From positions 1 to 12,587 of the forward strand of contig JAYUVP010000244.1 in the NCBI GenBank assembly GCA_043753995.1: a stretch of 12,587 nucleotides of DNA, written 5' to 3'. This DNA comes from Fibrobacterota bacterium. GTDB taxonomy: Bacteria; Fibrobacterota; Fibrobacteria; UBA11236. Shown here in pieces: positions 9,591 through 12,587 of the stretch (position 1 is the stretch's first letter; every line of letters begins with the position of its first letter). Position numbers and translations under genes: made by a program. The notes beneath the pieces are model-generated. The model saw nothing but the letters and a program-made list of their open reading frames with translations, was not told the origin of the DNA and searched no databases.

Positions 9591-10538
9591 ATGCTGCCGC
9601 TTCGCTTTCATTTCATCTGGATGGGCAGGAATTTCCCCTTCGCCTATCGCCTGTCGGTCGAATCCTGCCGCAAGCATCATCCTAATGCTGAGATTTTGCT
9701 GCACTTCGCCGACCCTCCCGATAATGTCCATTGGCGCGCCCTAGAGCGCTGCGCCGAAATGCGTCCTCTCGACGAAGAAGGCCTACTTGCCGCCCTTCCC
9801 TCTTCCCTGTCCAGCGTGGCCGATATTTATCGCCGCATTGCTGGGGGCTATCCCGCCGGACGCAGCAATGTCTTGCGCTATTTATTGCTCTTGCGAGATG
9901 GCGGCATTTATCTCGACTGCGACACCCTGACTCTCAAGTCTTTTCAACCCCTGCTCGCCACTCAAGGCTTTATCGGCGAGGAAACCGTATTTCGCAGCGA
10001 TGACGATCGCGTGGCAGGCAAGGCCGGGCTCGAAATCATTCCTTTCGGCGCTGCCTTCGGACTCAGCTATGGACTCAGCTATGCCAATGCCCGCTGGCTG
10101 GGCGAAAATGCAGCCCTCAATGCTTTAGACCGAGGCCTGCGCCACTTCTGGAGCCGCCGCAAACTCAATAATGCCGTGTTGGGTGCCACAGCCTCCCATC
10201 CTTTTTTCACTGCCGCCGTGGCCCGCATACCCCATATCGATCCCGGCGTGCGTTTCGCTCTCGGCCCCATACTCATGAATGAAACCTGGGATGCCACTCA
10301 AGGCGCCGGCCTCACCCGCCTGGGAGAGAATGCCTTTTATTTCATCCCGCCCAGCCAAACCTTTCGCTTCTTTCACGGCCCTGCCCTTCCCCCTCCTACC
10401 GACGCCTATGCCGTGCATTGGTGCAATAGCAATCACAAAGAATTGGTGAAAAGCCTAAGCCCCGAAGTGGTGCAAAGCCCGCGCTCACCGGTTCCCTTAT
10501 TTTATCAATTGGCTAGGCAAGCCTTGGCTGAGACTTGA
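9591..10538 (+). CDS. DXD-motif glycosyltransferase, GT32-like (Gly_transf_sug), 315 aa
   Basis: N-terminal FHFIWMG, SVESCRKHHPN, RSNVLRYLLLLRDGGIYLDCD (DxD), LNNAVLGA...HPFF, GPILM and YAVHW motifs. Confidence 0.88.
   Translation: MLPLRFHFIWMGRNFPFAYRLSVESCRKHHPNAEILLHFADPPDNVHWRALERCAEMRPLDEEGLLAALPSSLSSVADIYRRIAGGYPAGRSNVLRYLLLLRDGGIYLDCDTLTLKSFQPLLATQGFIGEETVFRSDDDRVAGKAGLEIIPFGAAFGLSYGLSYANARWLGENAALNALDRGLRHFWSRRKLNNAVLGATASHPFFTAAVARIPHIDPGVRFALGPILMNETWDATQGAGLTRLGENAFYFIPPSQTFRFFHGPALPPPTDAYAVHWCNSNHKELVKSLSPEVVQSPRSPVPLFYQLARQALAET
10059..10082 (+). repeat. Perfect 12-bp tandem duplication (GGACTCAGCTAT x2) inside the GT gene
   Basis: Read directly from the sequence; encodes GLSY-GLSY in frame. 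Confidence 0.9.
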
Positions 10539-10561
10539 AAGTCCATAAATTCGGAGACCAT

Positions 10562-11125
10562 ATGAGAAAATTCACCTCGACCCTATTGTCCACTATCGCC
10601 TTTTCGTTCACCGCCTTTTCGCTATTGCTTTCCGCCTGCAATACCAGCGATGTCCCCGACCCTCGCTCCATTGGCAATGGCAAATACGACAATAAGAATA
10701 TTGGCCTTTCTCTGAAATTCCCTTCAGGCTGGATTTTCGCCACCGATAAAAAAATCGATAATACGACGGCCGATCTGGTGGCCACTGGCTTACCCGTGAA
10801 CAATTATGTTCCAACGGTGAGCGTCATTTTCAACGATCATAAAGGCAGCGACGATATTGCCGACAAAATTCCGGAAATCAAGGCAAAGCTGATTTTAGCT
10901 TATCCTGATTTGAAGAGTTTAAGCGACACCACTTTTTTACAAAACGGAAAACCCGTGGCTAAAATCAAATACAATGCCACGGTCGAGGGAAGCTTGCTGC
11001 GGAATATGCAAGTGCTCATAGTGAATAAAGGCAAAGACATTGTCGTCACCTATACCGACAAAGCCGATCATTTCGAAAGCAATGCCGATTTTAAGAGCAT
11101 CGATGCTTCGATGAGCATTTATTGA
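10562..11125 (+). CDS. Lipoprotein, PsbP/DcrB-like (Mog1p/PsbP fold), 187 aa
   Basis: SD GGAG shortly before ATG 10562; lipobox LLSA-C; YDNKNIGLSLKFPSGW at the N-terminus, NGKPVAKIKY, and C-terminal VVTYT...FKSIDASMSI pattern typical of PsbP-like proteins. Confidence 0.72.
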   Translation: MRKFTSTLLSTIAFSFTAFSLLLSACNTSDVPDPRSIGNGKYDNKNIGLSLKFPSGWIFATDKKIDNTTADLVATGLPVNNYVPTVSVIFNDHKGSDDIADKIPEIKAKLILAYPDLKSLSDTTFLQNGKPVAKIKYNATVEGSLLRNMQVLIVNKGKDIVVTYTDKADHFESNADFKSIDASMSIY

Positions 11126-11229
11126 GGCACTAGAATGGCCTCAGGGGTGAAGTATGGGGTGCGTAGAATCGGGGCTAGGTTACCCTGTCTTTGGCTTGTC
11201 ATAGGCTTGAAGTTCTAGATGAAGGCTTG

Positions 11230-11270
11230 TGCGTGAGAAATTGCATACTGCAATGAGTTATACGCAATTT
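11230..11270 (+). other. Putative integron-type recombination junction (G/TTATAC core within an imperfect palindrome)
   Basis: GTTATAC at 11257-11263 (GTTRRRY-like, one mismatch); palindrome TGCGT..ATTGCA-TAC-TGCAAT..ACGCA; roughly coincides with the shift to AT-rich DNA. Confidence 0.35.
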
Positions 11271-11282
11271 TACCTCGAAGTG

Positions 11283-11319
11283 TTGCCTACCGAGCCTTTC
11301 GGCTCGTCCGGCAATTTTT
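11283..11319 (+). terminator. Terminator-like hairpin
   Basis: TTGCC-tac-CGAGCC-TTTC-GGCTCG-tcc-GGCAA followed by TTTTT. Confidence 0.5.
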
Positions 11320-11393
11320 GAGAGAATAATTTTTTGGGGGGTGGGGAAGAGAATTACGAATTACGGAAGATAAGACGCGCACCGGAAAGAGAA

Positions 11394-11425
11394 TTGCAAA
11401 TCAACGAAATTTTCAATACGTTGAT
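11394..11425 (+). promoter_or_regulatory. Putative sigma70 promoter with overlapping inverted repeat
   Basis: TTGCAA (11394-11399), 17-nt spacer, TACGTT (11417-11422); inverted repeat ATCAACG 11400-11406/CGTTGAT 11419-11425; about 30 nt upstream of ATG 11454. Confidence 0.5.
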
Positions 11426-11453
11426 AAGTAGAGATGAAAAGATTGGGGCAGAA

Positions 11454-12224
11454 ATGAAAAAACCAGGAATTGACAAGCTGACGAAACAAAGCTTGAACTA
11501 CCTCATAAATCTAGTTGAAAAAAAACTCAGAATAGTTAAGCCCTCAAAGCGATTTGATCTGTTTTCATTTTGCCTATTGCAAAAAATATTCAATTCCTAC
11601 GAATCCATTAAAATCTTACTTCGTGGAGGTAAGTTACACGACGCGAAGTCCATTTTGAGAACAATTATTGAGGCCCAAATATACTTGTACTCAAGCGTCG
11701 AGGAAAACGAAGCTTTTTACGAATTTTACGAAGTCGAGGGATTGAAACGTAGAAAAGGTATTCACTCAAAAATTGAGCGATATTATGAACTTAATGAGAC
11801 CGATTTAAAGCGTGAGAACCCATTGGATCCTGCCATCATAAAAGAAATCGAGGTAGAATTTAAAGAAAAAAAGAAAAATTTAATGAGTCTCCGAGAAATG
11901 GCCGAGAATGTCAAGCTAAGCATGGAGTATTTATACGTTCATACTGATTGTTCTGGACCTATTCACAACTTGCCGCACACGATTCAGGAGTATTTAAAAC
12001 ACGAAAACGGGAGAATTAAGAATGTTATCCTAAAGAATCCGGTGGGAAGCAACGAGAGTTTGATTTTGCTTCAAACGGTAACCAGCGTTTTTAAGTCAAT
12101 CGACAAGGTAAACGATAAGCATAAGTTTATCGATGAAAAACCAATGATTCAAACCGCAAACTTGATCAACTCCTTGGCTTGGGCCGACCTTGTGAAAAAG
12201 GGTCGCCAAGAATTGGAAGCATAG
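11454..12224 (+). CDS. AT-rich helical hypothetical protein, DUF5677-like, about 256 aa
   Basis: Pattern SIKILLRGG..DAKSILRTIIEA, later SLREMAENV and Y...CSGPIH, which resembles my recollection of DUF5677 proteins. ATG 11454 preferred over TTG 11334 because the predicted promoter lies between them. Confidence 0.6.
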   Translation: MKKPGIDKLTKQSLNYLINLVEKKLRIVKPSKRFDLFSFCLLQKIFNSYESIKILLRGGKLHDAKSILRTIIEAQIYLYSSVEENEAFYEFYEVEGLKRRKGIHSKIERYYELNETDLKRENPLDPAIIKEIEVEFKEKKKNLMSLREMAENVKLSMEYLYVHTDCSGPIHNLPHTIQEYLKHENGRIKNVILKNPVGSNESLILLQTVTSVFKSIDKVNDKHKFIDEKPMIQTANLINSLAWADLVKKGRQELEA

Positions 12225-12275
12225 GAACTGGCGTAAAAAATGAAAAGGTTAGTCAACACAAACCCGAATTTTGCC

Positions 12276-12587
12276 ATGAAAATTGCAGTGCTCGTGATTT
12301 TGGCCGCGGCCGTATTTCTGGATGCAAAAGAAATAGGCCAATTTGCAAATATTCTTTCAACCTATTACGGGCTTGAACCACGTTGTTGGTTGGACGAATC
12401 TGGAAAACCGATGTGCCACGAGGAAAAAGAAGGGAGCGAGTATAGAGAATTGAGTCTATACCTTTTTGACGACAAATCCTTTTATCTCACAAACTCAACT
12501 GTTTTCATCAAAGAAAGAGATACTACTTTTCAAATGTCTGGTCCGTCATATACTGGATTTGGGGAATATTCAAAACGGGACAGCACC
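12276..12587 (+). CDS. Putative exported hypothetical protein, truncated by the window end (not in the ORF track)
   Basis: Manual translation shows the frame open from ATG 12240/12276 to the end: MKIAVLVILAAAVFLDAKEIGQFANILSTYYGLEPRCWLDESGKPMCHEE...; signal-peptide-like start at 12276. Confidence 0.7.
   Translation, partial: MKIAVLVILAAAVFLDAKEIGQFANILSTYYGLEPRCWLDESGKPMCHEEKEGSEYRELSLYLFDDKSFYLTNSTVFIKERDTTFQMSGPSYTGFGEYSKRDST

Noticed and set aside
9860..9925. GT32 motif reads SNVLRY rather than SDxxRY
   Set aside because: The DxD is intact and Asn at this position is not sufficient evidence of inactivity.
12179..12376. 65-aa ORF in the track
   Set aside because: Overlaps both the DUF5677-like gene end and the more plausible open frame starting at 12240/12276.

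Overview
A mostly GC-rich bacterial chromosomal segment that becomes markedly AT-rich from about 11.25 kb. Spot counts of single 60-nt lines give about 62% GC in eno and about 37% in the 11454 ORF. Exported proteins, a beta-barrel and a lipoprotein indicate a diderm host; a Fibrobacterota/FCB-type host is only my impression. Gene order: enolase (eno, -) with an intrinsic terminator; a divergent HExxH membrane metalloprotease-like gene (+); a POTRA-less Omp85/BamA-TamA-type barrel (-) head-to-head with an exported AttH/CrtC-like protein (+) and an NADPH-dependent FMN reductase (+); a 211-bp highly structured intergenic element; a tight minus-strand cluster of three apparently exported proteins (688-aa unknown, stand-alone 7-blade Reg_prop propeller, pirin with a twin-arginine-type leader); a GT32 glycosyltransferase (+); a PsbP/DcrB-like lipoprotein (+); then two AT-rich orphan-like ORFs with integron-cassette-like boundary motifs but no integrase in the window. 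The best leads are the Tat-signal pirin cluster, the integrase-less cassette-like junction, the overlapping bidirectional -10 element and the structured intergenic element. Family calls rest on motif recognition only; no searches were run.
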